Origin: Chlorokybus atmophyticus
Taxonomy: Eukaryota > Plantae > Mesostigma and Chlorokybus algae
Direction: 5' to 3'
DNA: 64,000 nt
NCBI GenBank assembly: GCA_009103225.1
Contig: RHPI01002568.1
Location: 534,098 to 598,097, forward strand
Shown here: in pieces, positions 11,991-25,616 of the stretch
How positions within the stretch are numbered: the stretch's first letter is position 1
Layout: every line of letters begins with the position of its first letter
Notes under the pieces: model-generated
Databases searched by the model: none
Seen by the model: only the letters and a program-made list of their open reading frames with translations
Told to the model about the DNA's origin: nothing
Translations under genes and position numbers: made by a program

Positions 11991-14900
11991 ATGGTGGGGT
12001 TGGCGAGGAGGGCGGCGGGATGGGTTGCGAGGAGGCGCTTTGGAGCTGCGGCAGGAGGACGAGGAGGAGGAGGAGGGCGGGGAGGGAGAAGGTTGGTGGC
12101 GGATGAGCAGTCTTATGCCTGGCTAGAAGATGTCAACAGTCCCAAGGTGGAAATCTGTGTGTGTGTGTGTGGGTTTGGGTGTATCTGTAAACGTTCGTTT
12201 ACATGTGTGTGTGCATGCGTGTGTGTGCTGAGGGTTTTGTAAGAGTAGGTTCAGGCGCACATAGCTCAAGAGCGCGCACGCTATGACGCGTGGATGGCCG
12301 ACACCATCCCACTGCAGCAAAGGTAAGGTTGGTCAATTCCACTACACGCATTGTGAGTCCGGCCCATACGAGTACACACGCACACGTATGCGCACATGTA
12401 GGCGCGCACTTATGCACTCACACATGCGTGTGCACACGCGTGCAGACACATGCTCGTGCACATACTTGTGCGCACGCGCATACGCATGCATACACAATCC
12501 CATGCGCATCCACACGTCATGCCGGGGCACTGCAAACCTGTGCTCACAAGTCCACCTGCTTTTGCGTTTGCACCCCCATACTCGCTAGAATCCCTCATCG
12601 CTGCATGTGCAGCTTGCACAGGGAGCTTCTGGCCCGCATCCCAACCGCGGACGACACCACTCCACCCGAAAGGTACACAACGACAGCACACAACCCCGCA
12701 CTACACTTTCCTTTCCTATCTCCAGCATCTAACAGAACACCTCTTATTGTCAGCTGGAGCGGGTGGCAGTATTACACTCGCCTTCCAGCGGGCGCAGACT
12801 TCCCTCTCTACTGCCGCACGCGCGCGGGAGGACACAACAAAAACAACAACAACACGGAGCAAGTGCTCATTGACCAGAACCGCCTCGCTGACGAACACGG
12901 CAAGTACACGCACTGACATCTGTCAGTGTCTCTGGCGTGCATTACGTGCAAGTGTGGATATGTGTCTCTCTTGTGGGATAGGGTATACGCATATTGGGGC
13001 GGTGGCAGTCTCGCGCGATCATCGATTGGTGGCGTATACGCTCGACTCAAGCGGGGACGAGCGTTTCGATGCCCACATCATCGACACCGCTGATGGCGGT
13101 ACAAAGCACAGTCACACACGTACACAGAAACACGCACACATGCACGCGCACACACGCGCACGCGCGCACGCGCACGCGCACAGCAATAAAAATCGCATCA
13201 TCCCATGCTTGGATTCAACCCACGGATGCAGGTAGGTGTGTTGACGTGGTTCGCAACGTGGTCGGTATCGAGTGGAGCGCCGCGGACGGTGCGAGTTGTG
13301 ACGGGGCTGCGTTGCTGTACACTGAGCCGGATGAGGAACACAACCGGCCGTGGAGGGTGCGGGCACGAACAATTGGTACAACAATACGTGGTTGCTGTAC
13401 ACATGTGTACAGCGCGCTGTGTGAGCACATACATGCGCACATGCAGACACATGGACGTGCCTGCGTTAGCACGCGCGCGTGTGTTTCCTGTGCGTGTATA
13501 TGTGTGTCAAGAGCTATATACTTCGTGCATCAGTGAACATGTACGTCTGCATCTGTACAGGCATGTACATCGGCATGCCAACACATCGGTCAAACTCGCA
13601 CTTGTGCGTAGGAAGTGCACAGCACGACGACCCGATCCTTCTCACCGAGCGCGATCCGGCGCGGTTTGTTGACGTGAGCAGGAGCAAGGACTGGGCGATC
13701 ACGACACTCAACTCCAACTCAAAGACGTCGTCTGAGGCAAGCCGCAAGTAGTGGTGTAGTCGTGACTGTCGGGTGGTGGTCTCATATTGAGGTGAGAGTT
13801 GATGTGTGATTGTGTGTTGTACTTGGTGCAGGTGCATCTGCTGGATGCGCGCAGACCGTTCTCTGAACCGTGGCTGGTGCAGGTACTTGTCTTTTTCAGT
13901 CAGCTGCACACACGTTGCTGTGGATGCATCATGCGTGCATGCACGTACATGCACGAACATACGCGAGCGCGCGGGCACCCACATGGACACGTGGACATGC
14001 ATGCGTGCGCACTCACACACGTGCTGGCAGGTGTACGTGTCACGCACACATACACACGCAAGCGCGTCTATGTGCAAGCGCACGTGTCTGTGCGGCAGGC
14101 AGAAGCATGCAAGCATGCACAGTCTTTTGCATGTGCACACATGCATACAGCCGTCCATCATGCGCATGCCCATCGTCCACATCCACCAGTTACACACCCT
14201 TGACTTCACGCAGCGCGTGGCAGGCTAGGCAACCCAACCTCGAGTACTACGTCGAGCACCACCACGACACCCTCTACATCCTCACCAATGCGCACGGGGC
14301 TGTCGATTTCAAGATCTCACAGTGCGATATCACAAACCCGTCCATCGACGCGTGGCGCGACTTTGTGCCCGAACGGCCTGGCGTGGCCCTCGAGGACATG
14401 GACATGTTTGAGAAGTGGGTTGTGGTGTATGTGAGGGAGGAGGGCGTGCCGAAAGTGGGGGTGGTGGAGGTGGGGGAAGGGAGACAGGTTGTAGGTGAGT
14501 TGTGTAGCAGAGGTTGGTGTTTGTGACGTGAGTGCGTGTGCAGGGGACTTATGCACCTGGGTGTTGCGCGTGCGTGTACTCGTGTGCGCATCTTGTCCAT
14601 GTGCACGTGTGCATGTGTGCACACGTGCACATGTGCGCGTGCGCGTGTGTGATGCGAGTGCAACGTATGTTGCAGGTGATATTCGCTATGTGGACTTACC
14701 ACACGAGGTCTGCGCGGTATCTTCCGGCGCCAACGCCGACTTCAACGCCACAACTTTGCGTCTGAACGTGTCCACGCCAACAGTACGTTCACCACCAGCT
14801 ACAATGTCATTGCCCTCAGCAACAACGTTCAATCTTCCTCTTTCATGCAGACCCCGACAGTGTATTACGACTACGACATGCGTGCCGGCGAGCTGAAAGC

Positions 14901-16703
14901 TGTCGGACGTGAGGAGGTGCCCGGCCATAATGTAGAGGATTATGTGACCGAGCGCACGCATGCGCGAGCGGCGGACGGGACTAGCGTGCCGATAACAGTG
15001 ACGAGGAAACGCAGGTTTGTGTGTACGTGCATAGGAGCCATCAATTGTGCGTGGGCTCGTGCGTGCGTGTGTGTGTGCGTGTGCGTGTACATGTGCGTGC
15101 ATGCGTGTGTCTGTGTGTGTGACATTGCCTGCAGATTGCAATTGTTGCTTAATGAGTCGCGGACACGCTGTTGTTTGGCAGTACTCTTCTTAATGGCACA
15201 GCGCCTCTGCTGCTGCACGTCTATGGTGCGTATGGCAAGGTACCAGTGCATGAGACTCTACACTAGTTGAAGATGCACTGCATACACTCCACTGTCACCC
15301 CCTGTGCCTCGCGGCTTTCACAGCATGCACTGGCGTTATCAACAACCGATGGCGTGAGCATGCACTCGTGATGATGCTTACATTGTCTTCACCACTGCAT
15401 CAGTGCTTGGAAGCCTCCTTTGACGCCGACGCCCTCCCGCTCCTGGACCGCGGCTGGGTCATCGCCCTCGCACACGTGCGGTACTCACAACAACATCACA
15501 GCATGATCACACACTGTACACAATACCCCCACCCCCACCCCCACCCCCACTCACCTCTCCCTCTCCTCAGCGGTGGCGGTGAGTCGGGCCGTCGCTGGCA
15601 CGCATCCGGTCGCCGTCACAACAAATCAACATCCATCCACGACTTCCTCGCGTGCGCGGAGTCTCTCATCGCGCGCGGAGTGTGTCATCCAAAGCGACTG
15701 GCGGCGTGCGGAAGCAGCGCTGGAGGGATCGTGGTCGGGGGGGCGGTGAATGAAAGGCCGGAGAGGTTCAGGGCGGTGGTGGCAAAGGTGTGGGTGTGGG
15801 TGGGTGGGTGGGTGGGTGGGTGTGCATGCGTGTCTTGTCTTGACTGTGGCGTTGTCATTGAATTGTGAGATCTTGTGTAAAGTGTGGCGTATCCTGACGG
15901 TGCGACGTGGTACCTTCTCTCAGGTCCCCTTCGTCGACGTGTTGGAGACGATGTCCCGGCCGTCTCTCCCGTTGACGCAGCACGAGTACGACGAGTGGGG
16001 AGACCCCGCCAGCGATGCGCTCGACCGCGCCGCCATCGCCGCATACTGCCCCTGCAACAACGTCCAAAAGGGGAAGAACTACCCCGCCACCCTCATCACC
16101 ACCTCCCTCAATGACACGAGGTGAGCACGTCATGTTGTGTCGCTTTGCTATATGTGGGTGTCAGAAGAGGGGGCGGGGGATCTGTGTTATGTGTGCGCGC
16201 ATGTGTGTGAGACAGAGATCACCGCCTATATGCGGGCGCCTGTGTGTCTGTACGCCCGTATGTGTGCATCTGCACCTGTGCGTGGGCGTGAGCGCAAGTG
16301 TGTTTATATCCTTGTGCACGCACCTGCGCACATGTGTGTGTGTGCATCCGCATGTGAGGGTCTCCACGCGTGAGCATGCAATGCACACGCCTAAAGGTTC
16401 TCACAGTGCTCGTGGTGCGCTTCAAGGATTGCGTGGACAGTAAATTGTGACACGCTCGTGTGGCGTGGTTTCGCTAGCTAGTATTCGGTCTCATTTAACA
16501 CATGCATCAGGGTGGGATACTGGCAAGCGCTGAAGTGGGCAGAACTGTTGCGCGCGGCCATAAGGAACGGCACGAAAAGCCCGCCCGTGCTCGTGGATGT
16601 GAGCAATGATGCCGGCCACTTTGGCGAGGGCGGGCGTTACGGTCAGTTGGGGGATGTTGTCGCGCATCAAGCGTTTCTCATAAAAACCGTAGAAGGTGGC
16701 TAG
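11991..16703 (+). CDS. ptrB: Oligopeptidase B / protease II (S9A prolyl oligopeptidase family), with an Arg-rich mitochondrial-type presequence
   Basis: About 15 exons. SRDHRLVAYTLDSSGDERF, LLHVYGAYG, GGGESGRRWHASG, catalytic GSSAGG (Ser), SLNDTR|V (Asp), DAGHFG (His); stop at 16703. Confidence 0.93.
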
Positions 16704-17206
16704 CCAAGCGTCATACGGGGTTGCACGATTGTAACAAGTTGCTCCGCCTTTGCAACGCTTACACTTGTACAATGTGATATGTGACAAGGCATACCTGTTG
16801 TAATCCAAACTGATATATCAGTGCAACCCATGATATGTCATTCGTGACCAACACTCACCAAGCATACTTTATGAACATGCCTCACATTGACAGCAAAACA
16901 AAAATCTTGTGGATGCATAAACATTATCATGTATGCATTGTTTACCACATGTGGAAATTGCAACAGTACAATGATGTTCGTGCTCGGCCTGGACGACAAC
17001 ATGTGACAAGCGACATAGCATACAGAGCACACACATGCATGCACTTGCACACGCTTGCACACACGCAAGTGGAGGTGGGGCTAAGTGGGAATAGGTCATG
17101 CTACAGTAGCACAATAGCAGTGCTATTGTGCTTCTGTCGCACAGTATGCAATATGCTTGCGACTGATTTGTTGCTTCCTGTGGCGACAATTATGGGTGTA
17201 TTAATG

Positions 17207-17620
<414 letters not shown>

Positions 17621-17824
17621 NACGTAGTGCGCATCACGTGCAGGTGTGACACGGTTGCATATTATAACATTTGCAGTAATAATCACTAGGCTATGCAGCA
17701 AAAGTTGCAGCCATAGGGAAAGCCACATGCCATTTATGCATGTCCCATAACCATGTACATGACACATATGCATTATGCATGCTTATGCAATCTTTACTAC
17801 TTTGCCTACACACGCAGGCACCTA

Positions 17825-18161
17825 TGTGCACATACGCGCATGCACGCGCACGAAGTTGCTTTCACACGCATTTGATACTTGCACACGCTCGCCTGCACGC
17901 ACGCACGCACACACACACACGTAAATACACGCACACATCAACTCAAACACCCTCCCCTTTCAACAAATACATCATAACTACCCATAATGGGCTCGGCACT
18001 TGTGTGCACATACGCGCATGCACGCGCACGAAGTTACTTTCACACGGACACGCGCGCGTGCACGCACGCACGCACGCACACACATGTATAATTACACGCA
18101 CACATCAACTCAAACACCCTCCCCTTTTGATAAAAACATCGTAACTACTCATAATGGGCTC
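17825..18161. repeat. Tandem direct duplication of a ~160-170 bp unit (17825..17994 and 18003..18161)
   Basis: Both copies start TGTGCACATACGCGCATGCACGCGCACGAAGTT and end ACACATCAACTCAAACACCCTCCCC..CATAATGGGCTC. Confidence 0.85.
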
Positions 18162-21050
18162 AGCTGTGAGGAACATGTTCATGCATGTGTACGTGCACAC
18201 GCAATGCAAGGCAAGCATGTGCATACCATAAATCTCCGTCGCCAACTCGCTAGGCAATGCTTCCATTTTGTTAAGTGGTAAGCAGCCATATCAGCAATTG
18301 ATGGTGACAGTGAACTTTATGATATATTTTGCCTATTCTGCTCGCAACATAATGTGTGGCCAACTTGTCATGAGATCTGCTGGCCTTATCCGACCTCAGA
18401 AGTGGCGTTGAGGACCTGCGCTGCACGGGACTGTCAGCCGATGACAATCAGCTTGCCTGCTTGACAAGCAGTGCTTGTGCATCACTTATGCCGCAAAGAA
18501 CACGATTCGTTCATGACTCATGAAGCGACGCATTGAGACAGCTCGACGCCTTGGTTGACAGGCACCGCCACTGGACAAATTTCTTGATGAACGTATCGTC
18601 TCAACTTCAACTGAGACCTGAAGTTAAAGGCTACCGTGCCCAGAACAGAAAAAACAGACAAAATTAATACGTATATTCACGACAATCTTATTTAGTTTTA
18701 GTTTTAATTGTAGTTTTGTCTTGGATTTAATCTCTTGTGATAATTTTGCTTCCTATGCCGCCATGGCCTGTTTCAACTATTTCGTTACGCGCGAAGCGCG
18801 CGTAACTAACACATTTTGCACATTTTAGCCCTACTTCAGTGCAGTGTAGTAACCAGACGTCATATATCCTTCGCGTCGTATGGGAGCAGTTCGTTATGTT
18901 GATCTGCTCCATAACATAAACTACGTCTAAAAGCGCCTTTTTATTATATTTCTGCGGAAAGTTGTGCAACTACAACTCAACCTGATGACACGACATGCTT
19001 AACCCTCTCAGATCGGTCGCTCTACAGAACAGCTGTAACTCTGAAATGACATGTATAAACCGTCTTTACTTACACTGCATAAGTAAGGAAGGAGTAACTT
19101 TGGCGCCGCAATTTCGTCTATCGCGCACGCCGTCCGCCGCAGCTACCGGCCATCTGACAACGTCTAGTCGGGTATCGCCTGCGATAGCGACGCTTGGTGA
19201 TTGTCATGAGGGACAAGCTGTCTCGGAGGATCACCCTTGACTTGGGTACGGCGCCTGTAGATCGGCACAATCGGCGGTACTACACCGCCTTTGCTGTCAA
19301 TGTGGCGAGCCTCTTCGGTCGCTTGAAAAAATGCTGCAGGATGCAAGTTGCATTATGCAACTCCTACCACATGACGCCTTACCAAGTGATTCCGTCAGCA
19401 AGTGCTTGAAACTCAACGCGATGCATACCAACAGCGCATATGGACGGCTCCGGTATTGAGTTCTAGACGGGACTTGGTCGTCCGCGCGCTTACATTGTAC
19501 AATGGCAAAGTACGCTGCTCAGCGAGATAATAGATGTCTTACGTTAAAAATCTGGCTTAGGGACGATGCGCGCGCTGAGCCGCCGCGATAGGGCAGCGTG
19601 GCCACGCCGAACGATACCGACAAGCTATACTACAGGCGCGCGGCAACTTTGAAGAAGTCCTTTGCGGCGCGCGGCAGATACGGATACAGATGCACACGTT
19701 GCGTGCGTCGCTGTGCATCGGTGCATCAGTGCATCGGTCACAGCGGTGTGACTCAGTCCAACCCTTTTAGCCTCAAAGAGCCACACGCAGCCAGCGAACA
19801 TTGCTCATCAGTGCGGTGAATAAGTCAGACATGAAGCCCTACTCAACACCGACACAGTGCAGACCAACAACTGGAAGCACTGCAACCCAGTACGAACTTA
19901 TGCATCATGCACCGGATATTGCATGCAAACTTCTATGCCTAGGGGCCTATCCTGAAGCGTGTGTGGTGCACGTACAAGCCTAGCGCTCTATACGAAGCCC
20001 ACCCGTCCTTACTCATGATAGACTTTGTCTTCTTGTGCACGTGTGTGGGCAGATAGCTGTGGCTGGCACACAGAGGTTTAGGCATGTCGTGACCGAGCAA
20101 AAAGGGTAGCGTGAGAGGGCAAGAGAGTGCGTGAGAAGGTCTCATGCAAGGGTAAACTTGGCCTTGACTTGCATTATGCACCATGGTTCATGCAACTTGC
20201 ATGATGCAAGCCACCTTCACCTAGGCAGGCAGGCTTCAATCATATCGGCTCCAGTTTGCTACTGAACTTTACAGCGTGCCACTTAGCTAGTCGGCCAACG
20301 CCACCTCTGCTGCCGCCGCCGCCACTGCCGCCGCCGCAGGCAGCTTGGTGCGCAGGTACTTCCTCGTGTTGTCGTCATCAACTCCATCATTGTGGATAGG
20401 CGCTATCATAATTGAGTTAGAACGATAGGCCGCGTAAGGCGTGTCACTATTCTCTCCCAGTCTTCGTGTCTCTCCCTAATCTCAACCACTTCGACTTTCA
20501 GGCGCTTGAGAAGCCTGCAAGCCTGCAAGTAGGTACTTATTGACGAGACTTAACACCCCCTAAGCATAGACAAGACCTATCTCTAGCAAGGGTAGCTTGG
20601 CTAGTAAGCTTCAGCAACTTGACAGCTCTTAAGCACGGAAGCAAGACAGAGAGACTCAACGTCATTCTCTCTTCCCCATACCTCGTGAGGGGTTGCAAGC
20701 AAGACGTCCTCTTGCAGACATGCAAGTGCGGTGAGTGAACAGACACTCAGAGCCAGCATTGTTTCTTGACTGCCTATCATCTGATGCATGTACCGCATAC
20801 CATGCATCTGTGCTCATTTGGTACCTTGTTCGTCCGTGCTTGTCAACTTCATGCATGATCTCTCCCTGTTCATCTTGCTGTGGGATGATTTGCCTAGATG
20901 GTATGAGTTGCAAACAAGCAGTTCTCCCTTTGTTGTGCAGAGAGTTATCTTAAGCCTTCCCAGGCTGCCAACGAGTTCAGTGAGTAGGTATCAGTAAGCT
21001 ATCTGCCACACCAGTTTTTCTGTGTACAAACACCCACGTAGCCACCCAAC

Positions 21051-24000
21051 ATGGCGCCTCCTCGCCTGCTCTCCTTCCTATTGGTTCTCTGCTGCTGCTC
21101 TCTCCTACACAGCGCGTCTGCACTAGTGGTGAGTTGTGCATATAGCTGCCATATGGTGGTTCCATTGAAGCAGGTCGTGATGAGGGTATGTCGCTGCAGG
21201 TGACCAATGTGACGGTGAATCTCACAAGTGATCCCACGGTGCCGTATGCGAGCGACGGCTTCACGTGTCTCTCAATCCATCTCGATGACGTGCAGATGTA
21301 TGCCGGCCTCGGCCTCAACCTCGCTGCTGGTCCTGTAGGTAAGAGCAAGAAGAAGTACAAGGTGGTGATGATGATGGAGATGGGGAGAGAGTGTGTGAGT
21401 ATGTGTGTGCTTGCGCCTATGTGTCTGTGTGTGCGCATGAGCATACGTGTGTGCATGGGCGTGTGCCACGATACGCTCTGATGTGTACAGCACTGATGTA
21501 TATCTTGCATGCTTGCAGATCCTGTTTTCTATCAAGCGTTGAAGAATCTGATTGATCTCGGTAATGGTTTGACCATGCGCGTCAACAGCGGCTTCGGCGT
21601 CACCTTTGATGAGACTCAAGCCAAGACGAATTCCAGCGACTTCAACACAGCCTCGCTGGAGTTTATCTCTGTAAGAGAGACTGCATAGTGTCCTTGTGAT
21701 GGCGTCTTTGCATAGGTGGCACATGACCATGCAGCCTTACCTCCATGTGTGTATGTGCGGCTCAGTTGATGGGTAGACTCTATCGGGAGCTCGGCATGAA
21801 GATCATTCCCGTGCTCGGGTGGGCCAGCGACAATGACCCCAAAACCCTCAACACAACCTTCCTCAAGGTACTCACGTGTGTATGTGTGTAGCATGCGCAC
21901 TCACAACAACACCATCACCATCATCAACACCAACCTGAAAATCTGCTTGCAGTATCTCACGCGCGCGACGGGTACTGCTGCGATCCGTGGCGTGGAGCAG
22001 GCGAATGAGCCGGACGCGCTCAAGCCCGCGATGGTGATCACCAACGGCGGCCGCCGCAACATCACCGCGTCGCAGATACCCTATGTGGCCAACGCTGTGG
22101 GGGACTACCCAAACACACCATGGTGAGTGTGTGCGGTGTTGTTGTTGCTACAGATGCATCAGCTGTATCAGTATCAGCTGATACTGATACAGCTGTATCA
22201 GCTGTATTAGTTCTTGCATTCATACTTATTCGTGGAATAGGTGTATGAATGTCTGATACTCGTTCATGCAGGGGGTATTATGGCTTTGAGAAGGTGTATG
22301 AGTACTTTGCTCGAGAGTGGGGCAAGCAGATTGTGCGGGACCGAACCGGACTCAGGACAGACCCATGGTAAGCAACAGTTTATTTATGTACATACTGTCA
22401 GTTGTCCGCTGTTTGGCCTCTCATCGCAAACACACATATGTGTCACACTCACCCGTGGCTTCTTTCTTGTGCAGGATTGGGGGAGCAATCACAGTAAGCT
22501 CCTTCATCACGTTTGTTATCGTTGCTCCGCGTCCTATGCCTGTTTAACTTTGTTAGTGCTGTTGGCACAAAACTGACTGTGGCCTTTGCTCGTGCAGTAC
22601 ACGTTTAAATTCCCATGGCTGCCAAACATCACGGTACGATAAGAAAATCACTTGCGTGTGCGCGTACGCATTTGACTGTATGTGCGCCCATGCACAAACT
22701 GGTCCAGCAAATCAGCCAAATAAACCAACCACAATTCCCATCCCATCAGGATTTCTTCCAGAAGTACATGAACGAGTCCTCCCCCTTTTACAGCACGAAT
22801 GCCTTCTCCTGGCACCATTACAGTTTCCCGAACTGCGTGGCTCAGAACCAGGGGTACACCGTTCCCGGTGTGCTCAACTCGACGGTGTTCCCGTCCTCAC
22901 TCATCCCCTTCCTGAAACTGGCGTCGTCGCTCAAGAAGGAGGTTATGCTCACGGAACATGCGTCGAGCTCGTGCGGAGGCGTGGCCGGCGTCGCAGACAC
23001 TTACGCGTAAGCTTACAACTTGTGTCACACGCATATGTGTGCATGCGCAGGTAACATAACACGACAATGGTGTTCTTGCCTTGCTGATGAGTTGATGTGA
23101 CACAGGGCGACGCTGCACGAGATTCAGTACATGATGCAGACGGCTGCGGCGGGTTTCACCGCGGTGTGCATGACGACCAGCACGGCATCATACACGCCAG
23201 TACGTGTTGCTTGCGAATATGATAACTTGCACACGCATGCACACATATGCGTGTATGCAGTTGCAGACACGTGTTCTTACATGTATGTGCTATTCGCAGT
23301 TTGAACCCCTCGGCAGCGTCACCTACGATGCTGATGGTTATGGTTACCGCCAGAAGTGGTGGCTGAAGAACACCTATTACTGTGAGCACAACACCACAAC
23401 TACCACCGCCAACATGAAATACCTACCACACCCACTCACTATGTCATTCTCATGCAGCTATGCTCGTTGTTGCTGAGGCTTTGGGCGAATCTTCAAAGGT
23501 GTCTCGCATCAACATCACCGGCACAGACCCGATAGTCCTCTCTGCCTTCATGGTGTATCGTCCCGACAACTCTTTCCGCATCGTCCTCATCAACAGAGAG
23601 TTGACAACCACACCAGCCTACAAGCGCACGCCTTTCCAAGTGGCTTTGCAGATGCCTGTGACCAAAGGTTCCGCAACATTCAAGCGGCTGCGATGCGACA
23701 ACGTGTACAGGAAGTCCACCATAACGTATGCAGGACAGACCTATGATGATACGACGGACGGGTGTCCGGTTGGGGACCTGACAGTGGAGACGGTTAGATC
23801 GACGCAGTATGACATCGGCACGTACACGTATGCGATCAACATGGTGCAGGCGGATGTCGTCGTGATGTTCTTTGGTACGCGTACTGTGTGTGTGTGTGCA
23901 TGTGTGCTTGTACGCGCGCATGTGTGGGTATGTGTATGCGTCTACATGCTTCTCGCGCGCATGTGCGCGTGCATGTGGGCTTCTGAGTGTGCATGCACGT

Positions 24001-24511
24001 ACGTGTGCGTGTGCGCATGTGTCCAGCTTTGACACCTATGCTGCCATGTCTGTCTGATAACCAACCAATCTCACTCTTCCTCCTTTCTCAGGCACGCCAC
24101 CACGCAACCCTCAGCCCTGTCCCGCCCTCCAGCCTCCTCCTCCCCACTCTCCCCCTCCTCCCCCTCCTCCCTCCCCCTCTCCTCCTCCTCCCTCTCCTCC
24201 CCCACCTCCTCCCTCACCCCCGCCGCCGCCGCCGCCCGTGTCGACGGTCAGGCTGCAGGTGCTGTCGTTCCCCATCGATCACGGGATCGTCGCCATCAAC
24301 GGGACATACTACTTTGCAACTGCGGCGGTGGCAACCAAACCGGGATACAGAGCACAGGTGGGTGATGCGCAGTTTGTGGACGAGTTTGGGTGGCTTTTTG
24401 CTCTCAACATGGTTGCTTGCAGATACGCGCACGCACACAAAGACAACAGCAACATGCACATATGCGCATGCACGTGTGCATGCGCAGACACACCCACACC
24501 CACACGCACAC

Positions 24512-24579
<68 letters not shown>

Positions 24580-25616
24580 CCTCTCAGGTCTCTGCGACAT
24601 CTTCCTACGACTCTGGCATCCCCTACAAGCTCGTTGGTTGGAGTGATTCCGGCGGTTTGCTCCACTCCTTTGTCGTCCCGTTCCAGGCAGACTACCCCGT
24701 CACCGCCTACTTCTCCATCAACACGCCATCGGGTGGGTCTTACGGCTCCCTCCCGGCCCCGTACAAATTCGTGCAGATCAGCAACTACAACGTCAGAGGA
24801 GTACTTGGCAGTAAGTCCACGTGATGGTCGATATGTTGTGTATCAGTGTCAGTACCATCTCACTGGTACTCACCGAGTGTGTGTGTGTGGCTTTGCAGTG
24901 GGAGTGTGGTACAACTCCAACTCGGCCGTGACAACTATGACTGCGGCCGGTCCGGGCGTGGGTGGTGTTGAGGATGGTTGCGGCTTCGTGTACACGCTGC
25001 AAAATGTGCCGCAGGCAGCCACGCTGCAGCTCACCGTCCGCATTGTCTCCATCAAGTGCCAAGACAGCACCGAGTACGCATGCATTGCATCACTTGCGTG
25101 GCTTGTCTCTTCACAAACGTTTGCTACACACTTGCACAGTTGATTGCATTCTGCAGGCAGCTAGCAGTAACTTGTTACCTAAAATGCGCATCTCTGCACG
25201 TCAAACCAGTTCAACACTCACACCTTCTCTATCGCAGCTGTCGCGCGGGTGTCATGGTTCGTCGTACCGGCTACCCCGTCAAGACCAACCCGCCCTCGGT
25301 GTTTGCTTACGTCACCTCCGGTGGTCGCGTGGGTCTAACCTACCGCACTTCCGCCACCGGCAACAGCGTGGACATCACCTCTTCCTCCACCACCCCACTC
25401 GTGTTCCCCGCGTGGGTTCGCGTGTCGATCTCCACGACGACTGTGACAGTTTCAGCTTCTCGCGATGGCAGAACCTGGGTGGCAGACTATAACATCAATG
25501 CGGATATAGCCTTCGGTGTTGCGGGGATGACGGCAGTCCCTGTTGGGGTGGCAGCAACAAGTCAGGCTGTTCAGCACATCTCGCAGGTGGCTTTCAGCAA
25601 CTTCAGCGGGCATTAG
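21051..25616 (+). CDS. Secreted GH79 (beta-glucuronidase/heparanase family) + extensin-like Ser-Pro linker + bacterial-type repeat + ConA/DUF1349-like domain
   Basis: Signal peptide MAPPRLLSFLLVLCCCSLLHSASA. Acid/base motif EQANEPD, FSWHHY, nucleophile region MLTEHASSSCGGVAGVADTYAA, GH79 C-domain IVLINR..TITYAGQTYDDTTDG. SPPPP linker at 24091..24237. About 17 exons with consistent phases. Confidence 0.85.
22160..22195. repeat. Perfect 36-bp palindrome inside a GH79 intron
   Basis: CAGCTGTATCAGTATCAG|CTGATACTGATACAGCTG equals its own reverse complement. Confidence 0.95.
24523..24576. repeat. (CA)n microsatellite in a GH79 intron
   Basis: Pure CA run. Confidence 0.9.

Noticed and set aside
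12199-15251. Many His/Thr/Cys/Val-rich ORFs on both strands
   Set aside because: They are read-throughs of alternating purine-pyrimidine introns in the oligopeptidase B gene.
18300-20200. Retroelement remnant (GHGG-like integrase or RT-like fragments)
   Set aside because: Motifs are too weak and out of order; no LTR, TSD or continuous frame.
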